Origin: Myxococcota bacterium
GTDB lineage: Bacteria > Myxococcota > XYA12-FULL-58-9 > JALHOP01
Direction of reading: 5' to 3'
Assembly: GCA_041288095.1 (NCBI GenBank)
Contig: JBGGMJ010000196.1
Location: forward strand, 1-45,950
DNA length: 45,950 bases
The notes under the pieces are model-generated. The model saw only the letters and a list, made by a program, of their open reading frames with translations. It was not told the origin of the DNA and did not search any database. Position 1 is the stretch's first letter, and each line of letters begins with the position of its first letter. Both the position numbers and the translations under genes were made by a program. This document shows positions 25,868-34,951 of the stretch, in pieces.

Positions 25868-28089
25868 GAGACACCATCCTTTCGACCAAAGCGGCGCAGC
25901 CGCAGCGAATTGAGAATGACCGAAATGCTCGACAGGGACATGGCCATGCTCGCGAGCACCGGCGAGAGCAGCCAGCCGGTCCAGGCATACAACGCTCCGG
26001 CCGCGATGGGGATGCCCACGACGTTGTACACGAACGCCCAAAACAAGTTCTGGCGGATGACGGCCATGGTGGCCCGCGCCAGCGCCAGCGCCGTCGGCAA
26101 GCCGGCGATGCCTTCGCGGGTCAGGTTCACGTCCGCCGCAGCGACGGCGATATCCGTACCCGTGGAGACTGCGACACCCACGTCCGCGGCGGCGAGCGCC
26201 GGCGCGTCGTTGATACCGTCACCCACCATGGCGACGCTCTTGCCGCTCGCCCGCTCCTGGCCGACGACGCGCGCCTTGTCCTCGGGCAGGACGCCGGCGA
26301 TGACGCGCTCGATCCCCAGCTCCTTGGCGATGGCGCGTGCCGTGGCCTCGCGGTCGCCGCTCACCATGACGAGCTCGACTCCTTGCCTCGCCAAAGCTCG
26401 CAGAGCTTTCACGCTCGAGGCGCGTGGCCGATCCGCGACCGCGAGCACGCCGGCGGCTCGACCGTCGACCGACACGAAGGTGACCGTACGTCCGAGCGCG
26501 GCAAGACGCTCCGCTGGAGCGGTCAGAGGCGACGGGTCGATGCCGGCCATGGCCAACCAGGCCGCGGTGCCGACCCGCACGTCGTGTCCACCGACGCGGG
26601 CAGCGACACCGGCGCCGGCCTCGACGACGACGTCCGACGGCGCCTCGAGGGGCAGCGCGAGCTCGGAGGCCGCGCCGACGATGGCGGACGCGATGGGGTG
26701 CTCGCTGTCGCGCTCGACAGCCGCGGCCAGGCGCAGGAGCTCGTGGTCGGTGAGGCCGTCAGCGACCACGTCCGTGAGCAAGGGCTTCCCAGTGGTGAGG
26801 GTGCCGGTCTTGTCGAGCAGCACGGTGTCCACACGGCTCAGGAGCTCGAGAGGCGCCCCGCCCTTGATGAGCACGCCAAGCTCGGCGCCCCGACCGGTGG
26901 CGGCGGCAACGGCGGCGGGCGTCGCGAGCCCGAGCGCGCACGGACAAGCGATGATCAGCACGGCCACGAAGCGTTCGAGCGCGACGGCGGGCTCGACGAA
27001 CAGCCAGATCACGAGCGTCAGCAGCGCGATGCCGATGACGATGGGCACGAAGTAACCGGCGACGACGTCGGCGAGACGGGCGATGGGCGCGCGTGAGCTT
27101 TGCGCGTCCGCCACCGCCCTGGCGATGCGGGCCAACGTGGAGCCGCTGGGAGCGTGGGTGACCCGCACGGTGAAAGGAGCGCCGCGATTCACGGTGCCCG
27201 CGAAAACCGACGCGCCGGCCTGCTTCGCGACCGGCATGCTCTCGCCGGTCAACATCGCTTCGTCGACGACCCCGTGACCTTCGACCACTTCACCGTCAGC
27301 AGCGACGCTCTCGCCGGGGCGCACGCGGATGAGGGCCCCCGGAACGAGGGACTCGGCGGCAACCTCTGAGTCTCCTGCCGCCCCCACCAGGCGCGCGGTC
27401 TTGGGCTGCAGGGCGACCAGGCTGCTCACGGCGTCCTGCAAGCGGCGCAAAGAGCGCGCTTCGAGGTAGCGGCCCAAGAGCACGAAGCCGACGATGGCCA
27501 CCGCCGCCTCGAAGTACACGTGCGGCACCACGCCGTGCTCGGCGTGGGGAAACAAGCCGGGAGCGATGACCGCGACAGCGGAGTATCCCCAGGCCGCCGC
27601 GCTGCCCAAGGCAACGAGCGTGTTCATGTCGGAGGCGCGGTGGCGCAGCGCCGCGAACGCGGCGACGAAGAAACGCGAGCCGGCGCCGAAGACGACGACG
27701 GTCGCGATGACCAGCTGCAGCCAGCGCCCTGCCTGCGTCTCCATCCAAGGCACGGCACCGTGAGCCATGCCCGCCACGAGCAACGGCAGGCCCAGCACCG
27801 CCGCCACCAGGAAGGCTCGGCCGGCGTCCTCACTATCGTGATGCGCGTGATGCGCGTGATGCTCACTCGATGCGAGACGGGCGCCGTAGCCGGCCTTGGT
27901 CACCGCGTCGATGAGACTGCGCGGCGGAATGCGGTCGCCGAAGGCACGCGCTTGCTTGGTGACGAGGTTCACCGACGCCGCTTTGACTCCCGCGACGCTC
28001 GTGAGTGCCTTCTCGACACGGCCGACGCACGAGGCGCAGCTCATGCCGCTGATCTCCAGGTCGTGGTGGTGTGCTGTCGTCGTGCTCAT
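25864..28089 (-). CDS. copA: Cu(I)-translocating P1B-1 ATPase
   Basis: GMSCASC, His-rich linker, TGES, IACPCALGLATP, DKTGT, SEHP, GDGINDAP, YN and MSLSS. Confidence 0.93.
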   Translation of the reverse strand: MSTTTAHHHDLEISGMSCASCVGRVEKALTSVAGVKAASVNLVTKQARAFGDRIPPRSLIDAVTKAGYGARLASSEHHAHHAHHDSEDAGRAFLVAAVLGLPLLVAGMAHGAVPWMETQAGRWLQLVIATVVVFGAGSRFFVAAFAALRHRASDMNTLVALGSAAAWGYSAVAVIAPGLFPHAEHGVVPHVYFEAAVAIVGFVLLGRYLEARSLRRLQDAVSSLVALQPKTARLVGAAGDSEVAAESLVPGALIRVRPGESVAADGEVVEGHGVVDEAMLTGESMPVAKQAGASVFAGTVNRGAPFTVRVTHAPSGSTLARIARAVADAQSSRAPIARLADVVAGYFVPIVIGIALLTLVIWLFVEPAVALERFVAVLIIACPCALGLATPAAVAAATGRGAELGVLIKGGAPLELLSRVDTVLLDKTGTLTTGKPLLTDVVADGLTDHELLRLAAAVERDSEHPIASAIVGAASELALPLEAPSDVVVEAGAGVAARVGGHDVRVGTAAWLAMAGIDPSPLTAPAERLAALGRTVTFVSVDGRAAGVLAVADRPRASSVKALRALARQGVELVMVSGDREATARAIAKELGIERVIAGVLPEDKARVVGQERASGKSVAMVGDGINDAPALAAADVGVAVSTGTDIAVAAADVNLTREGIAGLPTALALARATMAVIRQNLFWAFVYNVVGIPIAAGALYAWTGWLLSPVLASMAMSLSSISVILNSLRLRRFGRKDGVS

Positions 28090-28107
28090 GGTGCTTGTCT
28101 CCACCTT

Positions 28108-28135
28108 GGAGACGTCCTGGACCAGGGGCTATTAC
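28108..28135 (-). promoter_or_regulatory. Putative ECF (CorE-like) promoter for copA-cupredoxin-sigma
   Basis: Minus strand GTAATA-N15-CGTCTCC. Confidence 0.7.
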
Positions 28136-28150
28136 CGGGACCTCTCGGGT

Positions 28151-28178
28151 GTAATACAGGCGGTGCTCGCGCGTCTCC
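28151..28178 (+). promoter_or_regulatory. Putative ECF (CorE-like) promoter for lipoprotein-TolC-MCO
   Basis: Plus strand GTAATA-N15-CGTCTCC, same boxes and spacing as the divergent copy. Confidence 0.7.
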
Positions 28179-28213
28179 CTCCCCGAGGTCGGCGCTCGCC
28201 GAGAGGCTCGAAC

Positions 28214-28444
28214 ATGCAAGGAAAGCTCTGGAAGCTCGCTGCTCTGTCACTCTTGGCGAGCTGCGCCACCCGTCAGGTACCGGCGCGGTTCCCGAGCACC
28301 GCGCCCGCGTCCCACGATGCCCAAGCCGCCCCGCTCCCCGTGGTCGGTAGGCTGACGCGAGAACACCCGCCGCTGCCCGGCGACGCCACCGAAGGCTGGT
28401 CAGGGCTCGAGGAGCCGGCGCAGGAGAATCATCATGCGCACTAG
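28214..28444 (+). CDS. Small lipoprotein with His-rich tail
   Basis: MQGKLWKLAALSLLASC lipobox; ends ENHHAH; GAGAGG SD; overlaps the next gene. Confidence 0.7.
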   Translation: MQGKLWKLAALSLLASCATRQVPARFPSTAPASHDAQAAPLPVVGRLTREHPPLPGDATEGWSGLEEPAQENHHAH

Positions 28445-29771
28445 TCTCTTGAGCTTTGCGTTGCTCGCGAGCTGCGCCTCGACCTCGATCCGCGACGACG
28501 TCGATCGCGTCGAAGCGCTCACGAAGGTCGAGCTGCCCGACGCCGTGACCGCCTCCGACGTCGAGCTCGCCACCTCCCAAGACGTCGCCGACCTCCTCAA
28601 GCAGCCCATGACCGCCGACACCGCGGTGCGCATCGCCCTGCTCAACAACCGCGAGCTGCGCGGGACGCTGCGCGACTTGGGCGTCGAGCGCGGCGAGCTC
28701 GTGCAAGCCGGTCTCCTTCCCAACCCGACCGTCGCCTTCGACATCCGCGACCCGGGCGCTCCTGGGCTGCCGCTGCAACAGGACTACTACGTCGAATACG
28801 AGTTGACCCGCGCCCTGCTGACGCCGTTACGGACGGCTGTCGCCAAAGCGGACCTCGAAGCGGCCCGCTATCACGTCGCCGGTAGCGTCGTCGCGGTGAG
28901 CTACCGTGCGCGTATTGCATTCTTCGCGCTGCTTGCCGCCGAGCAGAGGTTGCGCATCGTGCAACGCGGGCTCGAGGCGCTGGCCGCGGCTCGCGACGCG
29001 GCGCAGGCCCTGCACGACGCCGGCAACATCCCGTTGGTCGATCTCGCGAGTGAGATCGCAACCTACGAAGACGCGCGTGCTCGCGCCGCCGAGCTCGAGC
29101 TCGAGGCGCTCGAGCGACGCGAAGAGCTGCAGGCGCTCTTGGGAGTGCATGGCGCGGAGACGCAGTGGACGCTGGGTGACGGGTTTCCCGCGCTTCCCGA
29201 GGGGGCCGGCGCCGATGATGACGTCGAGCGCCGTGCCGTGACCGCGAGCTTTCAGCTCGCCGAGGTCCGCAGCCGTCTCGAGGCCATCGCCAAGCGGACG
29301 GGTCTAGCGCGCGCCGAAGGTTGGTGGCCGGACATCACCGTCGACGGCCACATCGAGCAAGATCAGACCTTGTGGGAGAAAGGCGCCGGCGCCAGCATTC
29401 GCGTGCCGCTCTTCGACCGCAACCAGGGTACGGTCGCGCGCCACGAGGCCGAGTTCGACGGGCTGATGGAGCGCTATCAAGGACTCGCCATCGGCGTTCG
29501 CTCGGCGGCCCGGCGCTCGCGCAACCGCTTGCTGTCGGCCTTCACGCGGGCCAAACAATACGCGCAGACCATCGTGCCGGCCCGCGCCGAGGTGATGCGC
29601 CAGACGATGCTCCAATACAACGCCATGCAGGTCGGCGTCTTCGCGGTCCTACAAGCGCGCGGCCAGGAGCTCGACAGTCAGCTCGCTTACGTCGAGACGC
29701 TGCGCGATTACTGGTCCGCCAAAGCGGGCTTCGACGCCCTGCTCGCGGGGCACGTGCCGGGAGAGAACTGA
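28434..29771 (+). CDS. TolC-family outer membrane lipoprotein (copper resistance-associated)
   Basis: Lipobox LASC; AVRIALLNN..L, QAGLLPNP, VPLFDRNQG, YNAMQVGVF. Confidence 0.85.
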   Translation: MRTSLLSFALLASCASTSIRDDVDRVEALTKVELPDAVTASDVELATSQDVADLLKQPMTADTAVRIALLNNRELRGTLRDLGVERGELVQAGLLPNPTVAFDIRDPGAPGLPLQQDYYVEYELTRALLTPLRTAVAKADLEAARYHVAGSVVAVSYRARIAFFALLAAEQRLRIVQRGLEALAAARDAAQALHDAGNIPLVDLASEIATYEDARARAAELELEALERREELQALLGVHGAETQWTLGDGFPALPEGAGADDDVERRAVTASFQLAEVRSRLEAIAKRTGLARAEGWWPDITVDGHIEQDQTLWEKGAGASIRVPLFDRNQGTVARHEAEFDGLMERYQGLAIGVRSAARRSRNRLLSAFTRAKQYAQTIVPARAEVMRQTMLQYNAMQVGVFAVLQARGQELDSQLAYVETLRDYWSAKAGFDALLAGHVPGEN

Positions 29772-29772
29772 C

Positions 29773-31101
29773 ATGGATCGTCGCTCGTTCATCGCCATGG
29801 GGGGCGCGGTCGCCGCCATGTTGCGCACTCCGGTGGTTCACGCCCAGCACGCGCCGTCGCACGCGAGCGATCCCCCCGCACCCCTCCGTTTCGAGAAGCG
29901 CCCTCCGCCAAAGCGGACGTTTCCCGTCGGCCAGATCCCGGTCGTGACACCAAACGGCTCGACCCTGCCGTGGAAGGTGGTCGACGGCGTCAAGGTCGGG
30001 CACTTGATCGCGGCGCCTTTCATCAACGAGTTCGCACCGGGGTTGCGAGCCGAGGTGTGGGGTTACAACGGCGGCACACCCGGGCCCACCATCGAGGCGG
30101 TCGAGGGTGACCGACTGCGCATCTACGTGACCAATCGCCTACCGGAGCCGACGACGGTGCACTGGCATGGCATCCTCGTGCCTTCGGGCATGGATGGAGT
30201 GTCAGGCTTGAACCAAGCGCCGATCCCGCGCGGCGAAACGTTCATGTACGAATTCACGGTCCGCGAGCCGGGCACGTACATGTATCACTCGCACTACGAC
30301 GAGATGACGCAGGTGGGCCTGGGGCTCATCGGCATGTTCATCGTGCATCCTCGCGCGGCGCGGGGGCAGCGGATCGATCGTGACTTCGTGATGATGACCC
30401 ACGAGTGGCGCATCGATGCGGGGGCGCGGCGGCCGAATCCCCTGGAGATGACCGAGTTCAACGTGCTCACCTTCAACGGCAAGGCGTTCCCGGCGACTGA
30501 GCCGTTGGTCGTGGGCTTGGGCGAGCGCGTTCGCATCCGTTTGGGGAACCTATCGCCGATGGATCATCACCCCATTCACATCCATGGCGTGCACTTCAAC
30601 GTGACGGCGACGGATGGTGGGTATATCCGCGAAAGCGCACAGTGGCCGGAGAACACGGTAATCGTGCCGGTGGGAGCGACGCGGGTGATCGAGTTTACTC
30701 CGACGGTCGCGGGCGATTGGGCGATGCACTGTCATATGACCCATCACGTGATGATGCAGATGGGGCATGGGTTTCCGAACATGGTTGGCGCCGACACCAG
30801 CACGTTGGATCGGCGGATGAGTCGGGTGCTCCCCGAGTATATGACGATGGGCGCTTCGGGCATGGGCGGCATGGGCGAGATGACGATGGCGATGCCGGCC
30901 AATTCGTTGCCGATGCGCGGGGGGCCGGGGCCGTTCAGCTATATCGACATGGGGGGGATGTTTACGGTGCTCAAGGTGCGGGAACGCGCTGACGATGCTG
31001 ATCCGAACGGGTGGTATGCGAATCCGGCGGGCAGCGTGGCTGTGCGGGCGGAAGCCTCGTCCTTGGCGCGCGATGGGATTGTTGGCACCGAGGGGGGTTG
31101 A
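29773..31101 (+). CDS. Tat-exported multicopper oxidase (two-domain type)
   Basis: DRRSF Tat motif; HWHG, MYHSH, HPIHIHG, HCHMTHH; Met-rich tail. Confidence 0.92.
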   Translation: MDRRSFIAMGGAVAAMLRTPVVHAQHAPSHASDPPAPLRFEKRPPPKRTFPVGQIPVVTPNGSTLPWKVVDGVKVGHLIAAPFINEFAPGLRAEVWGYNGGTPGPTIEAVEGDRLRIYVTNRLPEPTTVHWHGILVPSGMDGVSGLNQAPIPRGETFMYEFTVREPGTYMYHSHYDEMTQVGLGLIGMFIVHPRAARGQRIDRDFVMMTHEWRIDAGARRPNPLEMTEFNVLTFNGKAFPATEPLVVGLGERVRIRLGNLSPMDHHPIHIHGVHFNVTATDGGYIRESAQWPENTVIVPVGATRVIEFTPTVAGDWAMHCHMTHHVMMQMGHGFPNMVGADTSTLDRRMSRVLPEYMTMGASGMGGMGEMTMAMPANSLPMRGGPGPFSYIDMGGMFTVLKVRERADDADPNGWYANPAGSVAVRAEASSLARDGIVGTEGG

Positions 31102-31111
31102 GGAAAGCCCC

Positions 31112-31987
31112 TTAGTTCCGCTTCCCGCGAATCAAATGCCGCGCCTTCGCCGCCGTGGCCCACAGCTGCGCCTTCGTCATATCCCGCCAATCCGCGCTGC
31201 CCACCGCGCGCGGCGCGATACCGACCGGCTTCAACGCCCGGCGCAGCTTGTGGTTGAACAGCATCGCCCTGCTCAACGCCATGGTCTGCGGCGTGTTGAA
31301 GATGATCGACATCGAGATCGAAACGTCTGACGCGCCGTTCTTCACGTGGTGCCCCGAAATGAACGGGATGTGAATGGCTTCGCCCGGCTTGAACTTGAAA
31401 CATTCGCCGAGCGACTCGAGCTCGGGCTTCCACACTGGCCGGGCGCCGCTCTGCGCCATGAAACCCTCCGCTGTAGCGGCCGGGACGACACGGTCGTCGC
31501 ACGGTGGGAACACCGTCACCTCTTTGGCGCCAGCGAACTGGAAGAGGAACGTCGAGTAGCGGTCGATGTGGAACGGCGTGACGCTGTTGGGCGACGCGAT
31601 GAACAAATAGAGCATCGAGCCCTCGATCTCGCCCTTGATGCCGCGGCCGTGCATCAGCTCCTCGACATCGGCCTTGAGCTCGCGGTGCAAGTCTTGGAAG
31701 CTTTTGTGCGCCTCGGGCGACCGCACCATGATGTACGAGTCGGACGTGCGAATGGTCTCGATTGTCTTCTCGAGCGACAGACCGTTTTTCTTGTCGAGGT
31801 GCGCCCGATCGAAGTCATCGTCCTTCGCCAGCACGCCGCTCGAGTAGAACACCTGGTCCTTGGGCAACGCCGGCAACGCCTCACCGAGGTTGGCCAGCGA
31901 CAGCGCGGGATGACCCATCAGCTTGTGGCTGAACTTGAACGGCCGAACGTCGAGGTCTTCCGCGTGAACGCCTTCGAAACACTTCAT
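31112..31987 (-). CDS. JmjC/cupin-like Fe(II)/2OG-type domain protein
   Basis: LFIASPNSVTPFHID...F..Q..G.K, PGEAIHIP...HHV.N; GAGG SD before ATG 31987. Confidence 0.8.
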   Translation of the reverse strand: MKCFEGVHAEDLDVRPFKFSHKLMGHPALSLANLGEALPALPKDQVFYSSGVLAKDDDFDRAHLDKKNGLSLEKTIETIRTSDSYIMVRSPEAHKSFQDLHRELKADVEELMHGRGIKGEIEGSMLYLFIASPNSVTPFHIDRYSTFLFQFAGAKEVTVFPPCDDRVVPAATAEGFMAQSGARPVWKPELESLGECFKFKPGEAIHIPFISGHHVKNGASDVSISMSIIFNTPQTMALSRAMLFNHKLRRALKPVGIAPRAVGSADWRDMTKAQLWATAAKARHLIRGKRN

Positions 31988-32024
31988 CAGGGGCACCTCA
32001 ATAGGTTGCCCCCCAATGTTGCTC

Positions 32025-33929
32025 TTAAGCGATTTCGCGTCCAGCCTTCTGACTGATTTGCAGATCCAGGGCGCGGACCGCCTTGGCTTTGCTGCCCTTA
32101 ACCGAAGCCGGCGTCGAGGTTTTCGGCTCGACCTTGGCGAGCTTGAAGCTGAAGCGCGCATCGAGCAGCGCCGGGCTCAAGTCATCGTGCAGGATGAAGA
32201 CGCGACGGTACGGCGGCACCATGTCGATGTGCGTGCTCGGGTAGACCAGCTTGGTCTCCCAGTCAGCCACGTAGTCGCGGCTCGGCGGACGGTCGGCCAT
32301 GCGGCGGCGGAAGTCAGCGGGGCGCTCGAGCATCTTCTCGTCGCCGTCGCCGTAGATTCCGCGCTTCGCCTCGAAGGCTTCCTTCGACGCTTTAGCGTAC
32401 GCCTCGTGCCGCGCCGGGTCGAAGTCCTTGCCGTAGTACGACACCAGCTCGCCGTGGCCCTGCTCGACCAGCCACTTGTTGACCTCGACGACCTGCTTCT
32501 TGGCGCCGGTGCCGATCTCGGCGAACACGGTGCCGAGCAAGCGGTCGTAAACGTCGAAGGGACGGTGCTGATCCGGCACGACGTAGATCTTGTCCGCTTT
32601 GGCGAGCAGCTTGAGCATTGCTTTCTTGGCAATCTCACCCGGCATGCCTTGGCTCGCGAAGACCTTCTCGCCGTCAGGCATGATCTTGACGACGCGCGTC
32701 TCGAGCGTGTCGACGCCCTGGAAGCGAACGCCCATGGTGCCGTCCTTCGGCGCCTGATCACCATCGTTCATCGCCAGGTCCCACTTGAACTTGCCGATGC
32801 TGGCCTTGAAGGTGCCAGTCTTCAGCTGCGGGATGTAGATGGTGTCGCCGTCGTCGGGGACGAAGTCCTTCACGACGAGCTTCGCCGGTCCTTCGTAGAC
32901 GACGTCGACATCGGAGCCCAAGCGGCCAATCTGCTTCTGCGTAATCGTCAGCTCGGAGGCCAGCTTCTCGAGGTTCGGCGGATCCTGGTTCTGAGCGCGA
33001 TCGAGGATCACGGAACCCTTCGCGTCGCGAAAGGTCATCTTGTCGAGGTAGTTGTCCCAGACCGGCTTCTGCTCGCCGAGGAAGATCTTGATCGCCTTCG
33101 GCGGCGTCAGTTGGCTTTCGCCGCGCCCGGAGAAGATCTGCACTGTGTGGCCGACCGGCACGCTGACGTCGGGCAGCGTCCACTTTTGACCCGAGGCGTT
33201 GGTGATCGAGTAGCCCTTCAGATTGATCGCGTCGGACGCGACGTTGCAAAGGCGCATGTACTCGACGTTGGGATTCCAATTGTCGTCGCCACGGCCGTTG
33301 GGGTGGAACGACGTGAGCACGAACGGCTTCTGAAAACGCTCCTGCGCCCAGATGCCCTTCTTCGCGGCCTTCGCCTTCTCTTGCGCGGCGATGAGGTTCG
33401 AGCGGTCGATACCGTCGTCCCCATTGAGGATGAAGTAGGCGTGCGCCACGCCCTGCTCGAGCAGCACCTCCGGCACGAGCTTGTTGCCGACGGAGACGCG
33501 CGCCACGAGACGGCCGTAGTCGTCTCGCGGGTCGGTCTTCTTACCGTAGTCGAGGGTGACTTCCTTGCCCTTCACGAGCTTCTCGAGGGCCTTCTGTGCT
33601 TCTTCCCAGCCGGCCTCGGCGGGCTTGCGCTCCGGCGCGTTGACTTCGCCGACGCGCACACTGAAGCCGTCGATCTTGAAGGTGTCGCCGTCGTAGACCG
33701 CCTTCTCGTCGCTGAGCACGGTCGCCTTGGTCGGCGCCTTCCAATCGCCCGGGAGCGGCGGGAAGATCACGGTGCGGAGCTCACCCTTGGGCTTTGCCTT
33801 CTTGGTCTCGACCTTATCGACACTCTCGGCCGCGGTGGCCTTGGCCGCCTTGCTGGCTTTCACCGGCGCGTCTGCTTTAGCGGCTAACCGAACGCGAATC
33901 GAACCAACGCCATCGCTCTTCATGGTCAT
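32025..33929 (-). CDS. Tandem thermonuclease: SNase - lamin tail domain - SNase
   Basis: SNase1 DGDT/VNAPE/DDYGRL/AKKGIW; LTD NVEYMRLCN..AINLKGYSI..VWDNYLD; SNase2 DGDT/VRFQGVDTLE/DVYDRLLG/AKRGIY; TAATG coupling to the upstream gene. Confidence 0.85.
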   Translation of the reverse strand: MTMKSDGVGSIRVRLAAKADAPVKASKAAKATAAESVDKVETKKAKPKGELRTVIFPPLPGDWKAPTKATVLSDEKAVYDGDTFKIDGFSVRVGEVNAPERKPAEAGWEEAQKALEKLVKGKEVTLDYGKKTDPRDDYGRLVARVSVGNKLVPEVLLEQGVAHAYFILNGDDGIDRSNLIAAQEKAKAAKKGIWAQERFQKPFVLTSFHPNGRGDDNWNPNVEYMRLCNVASDAINLKGYSITNASGQKWTLPDVSVPVGHTVQIFSGRGESQLTPPKAIKIFLGEQKPVWDNYLDKMTFRDAKGSVILDRAQNQDPPNLEKLASELTITQKQIGRLGSDVDVVYEGPAKLVVKDFVPDDGDTIYIPQLKTGTFKASIGKFKWDLAMNDGDQAPKDGTMGVRFQGVDTLETRVVKIMPDGEKVFASQGMPGEIAKKAMLKLLAKADKIYVVPDQHRPFDVYDRLLGTVFAEIGTGAKKQVVEVNKWLVEQGHGELVSYYGKDFDPARHEAYAKASKEAFEAKRGIYGDGDEKMLERPADFRRRMADRPPSRDYVADWETKLVYPSTHIDMVPPYRRVFILHDDLSPALLDARFSFKLAKVEPKTSTPASVKGSKAKAVRALDLQISQKAGREIA

Positions 33930-34879
33930 TACCCTCGGTGTGCAGACGGCCAACCAGCGAGATCGTTCTCGCCGTCGCCAATTGTGTAGACGCCCTTCAC
34001 TGGATGCGTCGCGCGACCGGAGTCGATCGTGCGCACCCAAACGTTCACGGCATCGGGGAACTCTGAGACGAACACAGCTACGTTGGCGGGCTCATTGTCG
34101 AATGCAGCGACGACGCGCCCCATCGCGCGAATGGTCATGGCCGCGCGACGTTTGAAATCTTCGTCGCGCTCCGCGAAAGCGTGCTTGAGAATCAGCGCCG
34201 TGCGATCGCCCGTGGGGATGCCGTCGCGCACAAGCGCGGCGCGAGTGCCGTCTTCCATCTCGCGATGACGGCCCGAGAGGTAGATGACCTTGACGCGGCG
34301 GGCCGCCGGGAACGAATCGGTCGCGTGATAGACGCGGTTAACGACGGCGGCGGCGTTGCTGTACGCTTTGTCGGACACCGCGTACTCGCCCGTGAAGAAA
34401 CGCTCGCGCCAGTAGGGCTTGTAGGCTTCGAGCAAGGCCTTGCCGCTGTCGCTTGCGACATCGACGCCGCATGAAGCGAGCATGTCGGTCATGGAGAACG
34501 AGGTGTTCTTCGAAACGAAGGTCGCGAGCTTCGCGGCTTCGGCGCCGAGCTCCGGGTGACTAGCCATGTCGCGCGCGAACTCGTGCGCGATGCGCTCCTG
34601 GCGCGGACCATTGTCGAAGAGCGTCGAGTCGAGGTCGAAGATGACGACCGGGCGCGCGCCGGCGGCCGCCTGCGCCTTCACCCTTGCGAGCACGTCATCG
34701 ATGATCGAGGTCGGCGTCGCCTGAACGAAAGTCGAGGCGGTGCTCCAGGCCTTCCCGCCCAGCATGATGCTGCCGTCGGTCTCGGCGGCGCGCGCGGGCG
34801 CACCCGTGGCCAAGACCGCCATTGCGGCGGCGAGACACACGTATGCATCCGTGGCGTGGAAGCGCCTCGTCATTCGCAT
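33929..34879 (-). CDS. Exported HAD-superfamily phosphatase
   Basis: Signal peptide ending ARA; VIFDLDSTLFD, YLSGR, FK, FDNEPANV. Confidence 0.8.
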   Translation of the reverse strand: MRMTRRFHATDAYVCLAAAMAVLATGAPARAAETDGSIMLGGKAWSTASTFVQATPTSIIDDVLARVKAQAAAGARPVVIFDLDSTLFDNGPRQERIAHEFARDMASHPELGAEAAKLATFVSKNTSFSMTDMLASCGVDVASDSGKALLEAYKPYWRERFFTGEYAVSDKAYSNAAAVVNRVYHATDSFPAARRVKVIYLSGRHREMEDGTRAALVRDGIPTGDRTALILKHAFAERDEDFKRRAAMTIRAMGRVVAAFDNEPANVAVFVSEFPDAVNVWVRTIDSGRATHPVKGVYTIGDGENDLAGWPSAHRG

Positions 34880-34902
34880 GAGAAACCTCGGGAGTTTCCG
34901 AG

Positions 34903-34929
34903 GTATCGTCAATTCGGGGATTTGGTTGC
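34903..34929 (-). promoter_or_regulatory. sigma28-like promoter motif, copy 3
   Basis: Minus strand GCAA-N15-GACGATAC upstream of the HAD gene; overlapped by the inverted repeat 34882-34907. Confidence 0.5.
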
Positions 34930-34951
34930 CACCCGGGGCCCGCGACCCGGG

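Noticed and set aside
25002..31101. Copper cluster as a mobile element
   Set aside because: No integrase, transposase, tRNA or flanking direct repeats seen; composition broadly similar to the rest of the window
32016..33887. 623-aa plus-strand ORF, and similar long ORFs at 1955-3340, 14855-16168 and 25448-27055
   Set aside because: Antisense shadows of motif-rich genes, expected from high-GC codon bias; no recognisable motifs
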